Origin: Thermoanaerobaculia bacterium
GTDB taxonomy: Bacteria; Acidobacteriota; Thermoanaerobaculia; UBA5066; Gp7-AA6
NCBI GenBank assembly: GCA_035498835.1
Contig: DATJZU010000158.1
Coordinates: 5,778-69,777, forward strand
DNA length: 64,000 nucleotides
Direction: 5' to 3'
This document shows, one piece after another, positions 55,282 through 63,619 of the stretch. Below the pieces are notes generated by a model. That model saw only the letters and a program-made list of their open reading frames with translations, was not told where the DNA came from and did no database searches. A program made the translations under genes and the position numbers. Position 1 is the stretch's first letter. Each line of letters opens with the position of its first letter.

Positions 55282-55848
55282 TCAACGTTCCGCGGCGCGC
55301 GCGGTCGCGGGAGCGGGCTTGCCGCCCTTCTCGTGCACGCGCACCGGCGCGAGGATCTGGTAGAGGCGGTTGCCGAGCATCTCCGAGCGCGACTCGGCCA
55401 CGGCCTTTCCGGCGAGGTCCTGCAGCAGACGGTCGAGGACCTTCTGCCCGTTCTCCCGGCGCGCCATCTCGCGGCCACGGAACTGGACCGTCGCTTTCAC
55501 TTTGTCGCCGTGCGAGAGGAACTTCACGATGTTCTTCACCTTGAAGTCGTAGTCGTGATCGTCGATGTTCGGACGGAACTTCACTTCTTTGACCTGGGTC
55601 GTCTTCTGTTTCTTCTTCGAGTCCTGCTGCTTCTTCTTCTGCTGATAGATGAACTTCCCGAAGTTCATGATCCGGCAGACCGGCGGGTTGGCCGTCGGCG
55701 CGATCTCGACGAGGTCCAGCCCCGCCTCCCGCGCCTTCTGGAGTGCGTCGGCCATCGCGACCACGCCAAGCGCATCTCCCGATTCGCCGATCAGGCGAAC
55801 CTCCTTCCACCGAATCTGTTCGTTGACGCGAATGCTCTTCTTATCGAT
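55282..55848 (-). CDS. infC: translation initiation factor IF-3, non-AUG (AUC) start
   Basis: The conserved IF-3 N-terminal region ([30 protein letters not shown]) is encoded upstream of the first AUG/GUG. An in-frame UGA lies 2 codons upstream of the AUC. GGAGGUGA Shine-Dalgarno 5 nt before the AUC. Confidence 0.85.
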   Translation of the reverse strand: MDKKSIRVNEQIRWKEVRLIGESGDALGVVAMADALQKAREAGLDLVEIAPTANPPVCRIMNFGKFIYQQKKKQQDSKKKQKTTQVKEVKFRPNIDDHDYDFKVKNIVKFLSHGDKVKATVQFRGREMARRENGQKVLDRLLQDLAGKAVAESRSEMLGNRLYQILAPVRVHEKGGKPAPATARAAER

Positions 55849-57796
55849 TCTTCACCTCCGCGACGAAGTCGTTCTTCCTTCCCTCGGCCGCCCGGCGGGC
55901 GGCCGCTACGAAATCTTCCACCGCCATGGTGCCGGCGTCCCCGCCGTGGCGCAGGCGCACGGAAACCGAATCCGACGCGGCCTCCTTCTCCCCGATGACG
56001 AGCATCGCCGGGACCTTCTGGAGCTCCGCGCGGCGGATGCGCGCGCCGAGCTTCTCGTTCTTGTCGTCGGTCTCGACGCGGATCCCGGCGGCCGACAGCT
56101 TCCCGGCCGCAGCGCGCGCGGCCGGCGCGAACCGGTCGGAGACCGGAAGCACGACCGCCTGCACCGGAGCGATCCAGAACGGGAAGTCGCCCGCCGTGTG
56201 CTCGGTGAGGATCCCGATGAAGCGCTCGAAGGAGCCCAGGATCGCGCGGTGCATGACGACCGGGCGGTGGTGCTGGCCGTCCTCCCCGATGTACGTCAGG
56301 TCGAAGCTCTCCGCGTGCTCGAAGTCGCACTGGATCGTTCCGAGCTGCCACGGCCGGCCGATCGCGTCCTTCACCCGGAAATCGATCTTCGGGCCGTAGA
56401 AGGCGCCGTCTCCCGGCGTGACGACGTGGGGCCGTTTCGCCTTCTCGAGCGCGGAAGCCAGAGCCTTCTCGCCGCGGTCCCATTGATCGTCGGTGCCGAT
56501 CCGTTTGTCGGGGCGCAACCCGAGCGAGATCTCGACGTCCGTGAACCCGAAGGCGCCGTAGACGGCGTCCGCGAAGTCGAGGAACCGGAAGATCTCCTCC
56601 TCGACCTTGTCGAACGGCGTGAAAATGTGGGCGTCGTCCTGGGAAAACGAGCGCACGCGCGTCAGGCCCGCCGTCACGCCCGAGAGCTCGTAGCGGTGGA
56701 GGCGGCCGAAGTCCGCATACCGCACCGGCAGGTCGCGGTAGGACCAGAGCTGCGCCTTGTAGAGGAGAAAGTGCCCCGGGCAGTTCATCGGCTTGACGCC
56801 GAACTCCCGCTCGTCGATCTCCGTCCAGTACATGTTCTCGTGGTAGTTCTGGTAATGGCCCGAGAGCTTGAAGAGCTCGGCGTCGAAGATCTGCGGCGTC
56901 AGGACCTCCTGGTAGCCCCGTTTGGCGTATTCGTCCCGAAGGTACTCGAGCAGTCCGTTGTAGAGCACCGCGCCCTTCGGCAGGAAGAACGGCGATGCCG
57001 GCGCCCACGGGTGAAACAGGAAGAGGTCGAGCTCCTTGCCGAGCTTGCGGTGGTCGCGGGCCTTCGCCTCCTCGAGCTGCTTCAGATGGTCGTCGAGCTC
57101 CTTCTGCGTGAGAAACGACGCCCCGTAGATCCGCTGGAGCATCGGGTTCTTCTCGTCGCCCTTCCAGTACGCGCCGGCCGTGTGCGTCAGCTGGAACACG
57201 CCGAGGCGGCCCGTCGATGCCACGTGGGGACCGCGGCAGAGATCGACGAACTCGCCCTGCCGGTAGCAGGTGACGCGCTCCCCGGCCGGGATTCCCTTCG
57301 CGATCTCGACCTTCAGCGCGTCGTTCTGACCCTCGAAGATCGCGATCGCCTGCTCGATCGGCATCTCCTCGCGGACGATCGGGAGATCTTCGCGGATGAT
57401 CCTGCGCATCTCCGCTTCGATCGTCGCGAGATCTTCGGGCGTGAACGGACGCGCGGGGTTGAAGTCGTAGTAGTAGCCATTCTCGATCGGCGGACCGATG
57501 CCGATCTGCACGTCGGGAAAGAGGCGCTTGACCGCCTGTGCCGTCAGGTGCGCCGTGGAGTGGCGATAGATCGGCGCCGCGTCCGGCGACTTCGCCGTGA
57601 TGATCTCGAGCGTCCCGTCGTCCTCGAGGGGGAGGACGAGGTCCACGACCTTGCCGTTCCACTTGCCCGCCCAGGCGTCCCGGGCGAGGCGCGGACCGAT
57701 CGACTCGGCGACCTGGCGCACGGTCGAGCCCCGCGGCACGACCTTCGTCGAGCCGTCCGGGAGCGTCACCTTCACCGTTTGCGCCAGCGCTTCCAT
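55841..57796 (-). CDS. thrS: threonine--tRNA ligase
   Basis: TGS, editing, class II core (HRDLGKEL-like HRKLGKELDLF ... FGRLHRYE), and anticodon-binding domains. Confidence 0.95.
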   Translation of the reverse strand: MEALAQTVKVTLPDGSTKVVPRGSTVRQVAESIGPRLARDAWAGKWNGKVVDLVLPLEDDGTLEIITAKSPDAAPIYRHSTAHLTAQAVKRLFPDVQIGIGPPIENGYYYDFNPARPFTPEDLATIEAEMRRIIREDLPIVREEMPIEQAIAIFEGQNDALKVEIAKGIPAGERVTCYRQGEFVDLCRGPHVASTGRLGVFQLTHTAGAYWKGDEKNPMLQRIYGASFLTQKELDDHLKQLEEAKARDHRKLGKELDLFLFHPWAPASPFFLPKGAVLYNGLLEYLRDEYAKRGYQEVLTPQIFDAELFKLSGHYQNYHENMYWTEIDEREFGVKPMNCPGHFLLYKAQLWSYRDLPVRYADFGRLHRYELSGVTAGLTRVRSFSQDDAHIFTPFDKVEEEIFRFLDFADAVYGAFGFTDVEISLGLRPDKRIGTDDQWDRGEKALASALEKAKRPHVVTPGDGAFYGPKIDFRVKDAIGRPWQLGTIQCDFEHAESFDLTYIGEDGQHHRPVVMHRAILGSFERFIGILTEHTAGDFPFWIAPVQAVVLPVSDRFAPAARAAAGKLSAAGIRVETDDKNEKLGARIRRAELQKVPAMLVIGEKEAASDSVSVRLRHGGDAGTMAVEDFVAAARRAAEGRKNDFVAEVKNR

Positions 57797-57821
57797 GGTC
57801 GTTTCCTCTTTCCCGTCCCCA

Positions 57822-57856
57822 GAAAAAGAAAGACGCGGGTCGCCCCGCGTCTTTCG
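57822..57856 (-). terminator. intrinsic terminator after the tRNA-Val pair: GACGCGGG-GCGA-CCCGCGUC + UUUCUUUUUCU
   Basis: 8-bp GC stem, tetraloop, and a U-rich tail on the minus strand. Located 35-40 nt upstream of the thrS ATG. Confidence 0.6.
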
Positions 57857-57865
57857 GTCCGCCGT

Positions 57866-57941
57866 TGGTAGGCGCTAACGGGTTCGAACCGTTGACCTCT
57901 ACCGTGTGAAGGTAGCGCTCTACCAGCTGAGCTAAGCGCCT
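57866..57941 (-). tRNA. tRNA-Val (anticodon CAC)
   Basis: 76-nt cloverleaf folded by hand. 7-bp acceptor stem, anticodon loop UUCACAC, T-loop TTCGAAC, and an encoded CCA. Confidence 0.9.
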
Positions 57942-57957
57942 TCGTGTCGAACGAAGT

Positions 57958-58032
<75 letters not shown>

Positions 58033-58152
58033 AACGTCGTCCCGGAGCGCACGTTGCGCGTTCCGGGGGGCTACGGGCCGGGAGCCTGCGGGGCTTTCCG
58101 GGAGACCGGCGTTTCGATCGAGATCGCCGCTCTCCTTCCCGGCCTTCGTCCC

Positions 58153-58187
58153 TGTTTGAAAAAGATCCGCCCGGCGAAACCGCCGGG
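58153..58187 (-). terminator. orphan intrinsic terminator (CCCGGCG-GUUU-CGCCGGG + CGGAUCUUUUUC) on minus strand upstream of the tRNA genes
   Basis: 7-bp GC stem with a U5 tract. No annotated minus-strand gene lies upstream of it. Confidence 0.45.
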
Positions 58188-58295
58188 AAAGCGCGAAATC
58201 TAGCACAAAGACGTGAGGGCGCGGGAAACGGCCCCGCCGCGGCCCGGCCCCGGGGATGATGTTAGCGTGAAGCGCCGATCGCGGGCGGGAGACCG

Positions 58296-59282
58296 ATGAA
58301 GCTCGTCATCCAACTGCCGGCCTGGAACGAGGAGGAGTCGCTCCCCCGGACGCTCGCTGCCCTGCCGCGCCGACTGGCTCCCTTCCGCGAAATCGAGATC
58401 CTCGTCGTGGACGACGGATCGAGCGACGCGACGGCGGAGGCGGCCCTCGCCGGCGCCGACCGGGTCGTGCGGCTCCCCGCCCACGCGGGCCTCGCCGCGG
58501 CGTTCCGCGCCGGGCTCGAGGCGGCACTCGCCGCGGGCGCCGACGTCATCGTCAACCTCGACGCCGACGGCCAGTACGACCCGGGCGACATTCCGGCGCT
58601 CGTCGCGCCGATCCTCGCGGGGCGCGCCGACCTCGTCATCGGCGACCGCGGGCCGGGGACGCTCGCACACTTCTCCGCCTCCAAGCGCCTCCTGCAGCGG
58701 CTCGGCAGCTGGGTCGTCGAGCAGGCGGCCGGCATCGAGGTGCCCGACGCGACGTCGGGCTTCCGCGCTTTCTCGCGCGAGGCGGCGCGGAAGGTCAACG
58801 TCTTCTCGCGGATGACGTACACGCTCGAGACGATCATCCAGGCGGGATCGAAGGGCCTGCGCGTCGCCTCGGTCCCGGTGCGAGCCCACGAGACGCACCG
58901 CCGGTCGCGCCTCCTCTCGTCGGTCCCGCACTACGTGGCGGTTCAGGCGGCGAACATCCTGAGGATCACGGCGCTCTACAAGCCGCTGAAGCTCTTCTCG
59001 GCGGCCGCGGCCGTCTTCCTGCTCGGAGGCGTCGCGCTCGGCGCGCGCTTTCTCTACTACTTCTTCTTCACGCCACGCGCCGCCGGGCACGTCCAGTCGC
59101 TCATCCTCGCGGCCGTCCTGATCCTGGTGGGCGCCCTGACGTTTCTCATCGCGCTGCTCGCGGACCTCGTCTCGATCAACCGGACCCTGTTGGAAGAGTT
59201 GCGCTTGAGTGGTGGGCCGTCAGCCGTCGGCTCTCAGCTCTCAGCCAGAAAGACCGAAACCACGCCTCCGGCTGACAGCTGA
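58296..59282 (+). CDS. glycosyltransferase family 2 (polyprenol-phosphate sugar synthase DPM1/GtrB-like) with C-terminal TM
   Basis: LVIQLPAWNEEESL, DDGSSD, and DADGQYDP. The C-terminal 25 aa are encoded by the palindromic repeat element. Confidence 0.8.
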   Translation: MKLVIQLPAWNEEESLPRTLAALPRRLAPFREIEILVVDDGSSDATAEAALAGADRVVRLPAHAGLAAAFRAGLEAALAAGADVIVNLDADGQYDPGDIPALVAPILAGRADLVIGDRGPGTLAHFSASKRLLQRLGSWVVEQAAGIEVPDATSGFRAFSREAARKVNVFSRMTYTLETIIQAGSKGLRVASVPVRAHETHRRSRLLSSVPHYVAVQAANILRITALYKPLKLFSAAAAVFLLGGVALGARFLYYFFFTPRAAGHVQSLILAAVLILVGALTFLIALLADLVSINRTLLEELRLSGGPSAVGSQLSARKTETTPPADS

Positions 59283-59313
59283 AAGCTGACAGCCGATAGC
59301 TCCTCTCAGGCCC
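59211..59313. repeat. REP-like imperfect palindromic element, copy A
   Basis: Left arm GGCCGTCAGCCGTCGGCTCTCAGCTCTCAGCC and right arm GGCTGACAGCTGAAAGCTGACAGCCGATAGC are near-reverse-complements. The element is built from CAGC/GCTG-containing 7-mers. Confidence 0.6.
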
Positions 59314-59884
59314 AATCCCCCGCCTTCCGCGACAGAACCGGCGCCCCCTCGAGGAGCGTCAGAATCGCCTTTGTGCTGTCCGCGACCGCGAAAATGATCC
59401 GGTCTTCTCCGCGCACGTAGTTGTTCCGGATCGCCGCCTCGAACTGCGCGAGCAGCGGATCGAAATAGCCGCCGATGTTCGCGATGACGATCGGTTTGCC
59501 GTGGATCCCCATCTGCTTCCACGTCAGCATCTCGATGATCTCTTCCATCGTCCCGAAGCCGCCCGGAAAGGCGACGAACGCGTCGGAGAGCTCGAACATC
59601 CGCTGTTCCCGCTCGTGCATCGTCGAGACCAACTGAAGCTCCGTCAGCCCTCGATGCGCCGACTCCCGGCCTTCGAGCGCCTTCGGGATCACGCCCGTGA
59701 CTTGCCCGCCGGACGCGAGCACCTCGTCGGCAATCGCGCCCATGAGGCCCCTGCTCGAGCCGCCGTAGACGAGACCGACGCCGCGTTTCGCGAGCTCGCG
59801 CCCGAAAGCGCGGATTTCCTGTTCGACGGCGGCGTTCCTGGAGTCGCTGCTGCTGCAGTAGACGCAGACGCGTTTCAAATCCAT
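59306..59884 (-). CDS. LOG family protein (TIGR00730; nucleotide 5'-monophosphate phosphoribohydrolase)
   Basis: PGGFGTMEE motif and the GGxxGxMG Rossmann signature. Confidence 0.85.
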   Translation of the reverse strand: MDLKRVCVYCSSSDSRNAAVEQEIRAFGRELAKRGVGLVYGGSSRGLMGAIADEVLASGGQVTGVIPKALEGRESAHRGLTELQLVSTMHEREQRMFELSDAFVAFPGGFGTMEEIIEMLTWKQMGIHGKPIVIANIGGYFDPLLAQFEAAIRNNYVRGEDRIIFAVADSTKAILTLLEGAPVLSRKAGDWA

Positions 59885-59893
59885 GCGCGGATC

Positions 59894-60469
59894 TTACCCG
59901 GCCCGACGCACGAAGCGGCTGCCCGGAGTGTCGAGCGGCACTCCTTTCCGGCACAGCGGACACTCCGCCTCCGGCCACGCCGGAACCGAGAGCGGGAGAA
60001 GCGACCGTGCCGGAACCGCGAAGGCGCCCGCCGGGAGACCCCGATCCACGACCGAGCCGACGGCGACGACGGCTCCTCCCGCGTTCTCGACGGCGGCCGC
60101 CGCCTCGCGCGTCGACTTGCCCGTCGTGAAAACGTCCTCGACGACGACGGCGCGCTCGCCCGAATCGAGCGCGAAGCCGCGGCGGAGCACGAAGGCGTCT
60201 TCCGGACGCTCGACGAAAACGAACCGCGTCCCGAGCGCGCGCGCCGTCTCGTGCCCGATGATCAATCCGCCCAGAGCCGGCGAGACGACGACCTGCGGCG
60301 CGAACTCGCGCAGCTTGTCCGCGAGCTCGCGCCCCGCGGCCTCGGCGCGCGCCGGCCACTGGAGAAGGCGCGCACACTGCAGGTACGTGTCCGAGTGAAG
60401 GCCGCTCGAGAGGCGGAAGTGGCCGCGCAGCAGCGCGCCCGTGTCGAGAAAGTCCTGGAGGGAGAGCAC
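59894..60469 (-). CDS. pyrE: orotate phosphoribosyltransferase-like (type I PRTase fold) with C-terminal CxxC
   Basis: GHFRLSSGLHSDTYL N-terminal OPRT-like motif and a PRPP-binding loop (VVVEDVFTTGKST). GTG start. A 9-nt gap separates it from the LOG gene. Confidence 0.7.
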   Translation of the reverse strand: MLSLQDFLDTGALLRGHFRLSSGLHSDTYLQCARLLQWPARAEAAGRELADKLREFAPQVVVSPALGGLIIGHETARALGTRFVFVERPEDAFVLRRGFALDSGERAVVVEDVFTTGKSTREAAAAVENAGGAVVAVGSVVDRGLPAGAFAVPARSLLPLSVPAWPEAECPLCRKGVPLDTPGSRFVRRAG

Positions 60470-60475
60470 GAAAAG

Positions 60476-60558
60476 AAGTTATCAGCTATCGGCTATCAGC
60501 TATCAGCTATCAGCCAGACTCCGAGCTGATGGCTGAGAGCTGACGGCTGACGGCCCAT
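60476..60558. repeat. REP-like palindromic element, copy B (inverted relative to copy A); contains (ATCAGCT)x5 tandem heptamers
   Basis: The reverse complement of B aligns with A over both arms (ggccgtcagccgtc[a/g]gctctcagc ... ggctga[t/c]agctga[t/a]agctga[t/c]agccgatagct). Confidence 0.6.
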
Positions 60559-61923
60559 TCACCCGTCGCTCTCTTTGGAGATCTTGTGGTGCTCGATCTT
60601 CTTGTAGAGGTTCGACCGCGGCGTCTGGATTACCTCGGCCGTGCGACTGATGTTCCAGCCGTTCTCGCGCAGCTTGGCCACGAGAAACTGCCGCTCGGCG
60701 AACTCCTTGAACTCGGAAAGCGTCGCGAGGCGGGCGCTCTTCTCCGAGATCTCCGCCGGAGAGACCCGCGCCTCCGGCGGCAGGTCGCGCGCCTCGATCG
60801 GTTCCGCGTCGGTCATGATCAGGACGCGCTCGATCAGGTTGCGCAGCTCCCGCACGTTACCGGGCCAGGCACGCGCGGCGAGCATCTCGAGCGCGCTCGA
60901 TCCGAACCGGCGCGGACGGCGATGGTCACGCTCCGAGAACACGCGCGTGAAGTGCTCGATGAGATCCGGGATGTCCTCGGTTCGCTCGCGAAGCGGGGGC
61001 GTGCGCACCGGCACGACGTTCAGCCGGAAATAGAGGTCCTCACGGAATCGGCCTTCGCGGATCCAGACGGTCAGGTCGCGGTTGGTGGCCGCGAGCGTCC
61101 GCACGGCGACCTGGCGGACGCGCGCCGCGCCGACGGGCTCGACCTCGCCGGCCTCGAGGACCCGCAGGACCTTCGCCTGCGCGCGGGCGGACATGTCCCC
61201 GATCTCGTCGAGAAAGATCGTGCCGCCGTCGGCCTCCACGAACTTGCCGACCTGCCGTCGCACGGCGCCGGTGAACGAGCCCTTCTCGTGGCCGAAGAGC
61301 TCCGACTCGATGAGCTCTTCGGGGATGGCGGCGCAGTTGACCTGGATGAACGGGCCGGACGCGACGCGGGAGCCCCGGTGGATTTCGCGGGCGACGAGCT
61401 CCTTGCCGGTGCCGCTCTCGCCCTGGATGAGAACCGTCGCGCCGGTCGGCGCCGCGCGCGCGATCTCCTCGCGGAGGCGCTGCATCGGGGCGCTGCGGCC
61501 CACGAGAACCGAGTCCTCGTCGAGGCGGCGCCGGAGGCGCAGGTTCTCCGCCGCGAGCGTGTCGCGCGAAAGCGCGTTCGCGAGAGAGACGAGGATGCGC
61601 TCGCGCTGCGGCGGCTTCTCGAGGAAGTCCACGGCGCCGCGCCGCGTGGATTCGACCGCCGTCGCGATGTCGCCGTGGCCCGAGATCATCAGCACGGGCG
61701 GCGCCCCGTCGCGCGCGACGATGCGGTCGAGCACCTGGAGACCGTCCATTCCGGGCATCTTGATGTCGAGGAGCACGGCCCCCGGCGGATTCGACTCGAT
61801 CTCCTGGAGCGCCGACGGCCCGTCGCCCGCCGTCGTGACGGTATACCCCTCGTACTCGAGGATCATCCGAAGCGCGTCCCGAATGTCGGGTTCGTCGTCG
61901 ACGACGAGGATCGGTCGGCCCAT
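60559..61923 (-). CDS. sigma-54-dependent Fis family response regulator
   Basis: Receiver domain (ILVVDDEPDIRDALRMILE), AAA+ core (GESGTGKELVAREIH, ESELFGHEKGSFTGA), and a C-terminal HTH. Confidence 0.9.
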   Translation of the reverse strand: MGRPILVVDDEPDIRDALRMILEYEGYTVTTAGDGPSALQEIESNPPGAVLLDIKMPGMDGLQVLDRIVARDGAPPVLMISGHGDIATAVESTRRGAVDFLEKPPQRERILVSLANALSRDTLAAENLRLRRRLDEDSVLVGRSAPMQRLREEIARAAPTGATVLIQGESGTGKELVAREIHRGSRVASGPFIQVNCAAIPEELIESELFGHEKGSFTGAVRRQVGKFVEADGGTIFLDEIGDMSARAQAKVLRVLEAGEVEPVGAARVRQVAVRTLAATNRDLTVWIREGRFREDLYFRLNVVPVRTPPLRERTEDIPDLIEHFTRVFSERDHRRPRRFGSSALEMLAARAWPGNVRELRNLIERVLIMTDAEPIEARDLPPEARVSPAEISEKSARLATLSEFKEFAERQFLVAKLRENGWNISRTAEVIQTPRSNLYKKIEHHKISKESDG

Positions 61924-62028
61924 GCGGCTTGGCGTCAGTCTAGAGGCGCGAGGCCCGCCCGCGCCACTTCGATCTCCACGCGTTTCTCAACTTCCGGCCT
62001 CGGGCTTTCCTTCCCCCGAAAACGGGTG

Positions 62029-62059
62029 CGCCCGCCGGAGGGCGGGCGCGGAGCCGTTC
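62029..62059 (-). terminator. candidate intrinsic terminator after degP (GCGCCCGCC-CUCC-GGCGGGCGC + ACCCGUUUUC)
   Basis: 9-bp GC stem. The U tract is short and interrupted. Confidence 0.4.
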
Positions 62060-62078
62060 CGGGGAGTTCCCGGGAAGA

Positions 62079-63602
62079 TCAGTCGATCTTGACGAGCGCG
62101 AAGAAGGAGACCTTGCCTTGCGGACGATAAACGTAGAGGCGCAGGTAATCGCCCGATTTGGCCGCCTTCACGAGCCGGCCGAAGTCGTCGGTCGAAGTCA
62201 CCGTCTGGCCGTTCACCTGCGTGATGATGTCGCCGTCGGCGAGACCCGCGTCCGCGGCCGCCGAGACTTCCTTGACGTGCACGACGAAGAGGCCCTGCAT
62301 TGAGGGCTCGATGCCGGCCATCTGCCGCACCTGAGAGGTCAGCTCCTGGACGGTCACGCCGATCTTGCCGCGCGAATCCTCGGAGCTCGCCTTGCCCTTC
62401 TCGTCGTCGCCGGAGCCTTCGGCGCCCCGCTCGGCGAGCGTCGCGTTGACGCTCACGTCCTTGCCGTCGCGCACGAGATCGATCCTGACCTTGGCGCCGG
62501 GGGGACGCGCGGAGACGTAGCCGATCAGGTCGCGGATCTCCTTGACGGGCGTGTTGTCCACGCGCACGATCGTGTCGCCCGGCTTGATGCCCGCCTTGTC
62601 GGCCGGTTCGCCCGGCATGACCGACTGCACGAACGCGCCCTCCTGCGTCTTCAACTTGAACGCGGCCGCCTTGTCGCCGTCCACGTTCTGGATGTTGATG
62701 CCGAGGTACCCGCGCACCACCTTTCCGTGCTCGCGCAGCTGCGGCAGGATGCCCTTGAGCGTGTTCACGGGGACCGCGAAACCGATGTTCTGCGCCGGCC
62801 GGTACATCGCCGTGTTGATCCCGATGACCTCGCCGCGCGTGTTCAGGAGCGGACCGCCGGAGTTGCCGAAATTGATCGCCGCGTCCGTCTGGATGAAACT
62901 CTCGAACGAGCGCGTCGTCGTGTCCGCCGTCAGGCCGGAACGATCCTTGGCCGAGACGACGCCGACGGTCACGGTCTTGTCGAAGTTCAGCGGGTCGCCG
63001 ATCGCCATGACCCACTCGCCGACGCGGAGGCGATCCGAATCGCCGAGCGGAAGGACGGTCAGCTTCTTCTTGGGGTCGATCTTGAGCAGCGCGAGGTCCG
63101 TGGCCGTGTCGCGGCCGATGACCTTCGCCGTGTAGCGGTCGCGGCCGACGCGGACTTCGATCTTGTCGGCGCCGTCGATGACGTGATTGTTCGTCACGAT
63201 CTCGCCGTCGTCGGAGATGACGAAGCCGGTGCCGCCCTGGAGCTCCTTGTGATCCTCCTCGTCCCCGCGGCCCTGGCCGCGCCGGCCGAACGGCTGGCCG
63301 AAGAAGAACTGGAACGGATCGTCGCCGCCGTCCCCCTGGTAGGGGCTGACCCGGTAGCGGTTCGATCCACCCTTCACGATGTCGGTCGACGTGATGGACA
63401 CCACCGAGCCCATCGCCTCGTCGGCGATGTCGGCAAACGAGGGAAGCGCCACGGACGTCGCCCGGGACGGCGCCGGGCTCGATTCGCGCTGGGCCTCCGA
63501 GCGCGGCGTCAGATTGACTGACCCGGCGACCACCATTCCGAAGGCGACCGCCGCCGCAATCAGCGCCGAGAACGAAAGGGCGCGTTTTGTGGACTTCTGC
63601 AT
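62079..63602 (-). CDS. degP: Do/DegP/HtrA family serine protease with two PDZ domains
   Basis: Catalytic triad context (HV...D...GNSGGPL), two PDZ domains, and a signal peptide. Start at MQKSTKRALSF with an AAGAGGAGTGAG ribosome-binding site. Confidence 0.9.
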   Translation of the reverse strand: MQKSTKRALSFSALIAAAVAFGMVVAGSVNLTPRSEAQRESSPAPSRATSVALPSFADIADEAMGSVVSITSTDIVKGGSNRYRVSPYQGDGGDDPFQFFFGQPFGRRGQGRGDEEDHKELQGGTGFVISDDGEIVTNNHVIDGADKIEVRVGRDRYTAKVIGRDTATDLALLKIDPKKKLTVLPLGDSDRLRVGEWVMAIGDPLNFDKTVTVGVVSAKDRSGLTADTTTRSFESFIQTDAAINFGNSGGPLLNTRGEVIGINTAMYRPAQNIGFAVPVNTLKGILPQLREHGKVVRGYLGINIQNVDGDKAAAFKLKTQEGAFVQSVMPGEPADKAGIKPGDTIVRVDNTPVKEIRDLIGYVSARPPGAKVRIDLVRDGKDVSVNATLAERGAEGSGDDEKGKASSEDSRGKIGVTVQELTSQVRQMAGIEPSMQGLFVVHVKEVSAAADAGLADGDIITQVNGQTVTSTDDFGRLVKAAKSGDYLRLYVYRPQGKVSFFALVKID

Positions 63603-63619
63603 GGGATTTCTCACTCCTC

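Noticed and set aside
57797-57865. T-box riboswitch or tRNA-mimic leader upstream of thrS
   Set aside because: Only about 70 nt separate tRNA-Val from the thrS ATG, and most of that is the terminator hairpin. There is no specifier-loop or T-box motif.
58200-59090. 296-aa ORF on minus strand
   Set aside because: It is antisense to the well-supported GT2 gene, with a low-complexity Arg/Glu-rich translation.
60480-60520. Tandem ATCAGCT repeats considered as a CRISPR-like array
   Set aside because: The 7-nt unit has no spacers and no cas genes. It is part of the palindromic REP-like element.
59205-60565. Inverted repeats as an invertible DNA switch or composite transposon
   Set aside because: No recombinase, invertase or transposase lies within or near the segment. 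The cargo is two intact housekeeping-type genes with normal starts. REP/MITE-like elements remain the more economical explanation.
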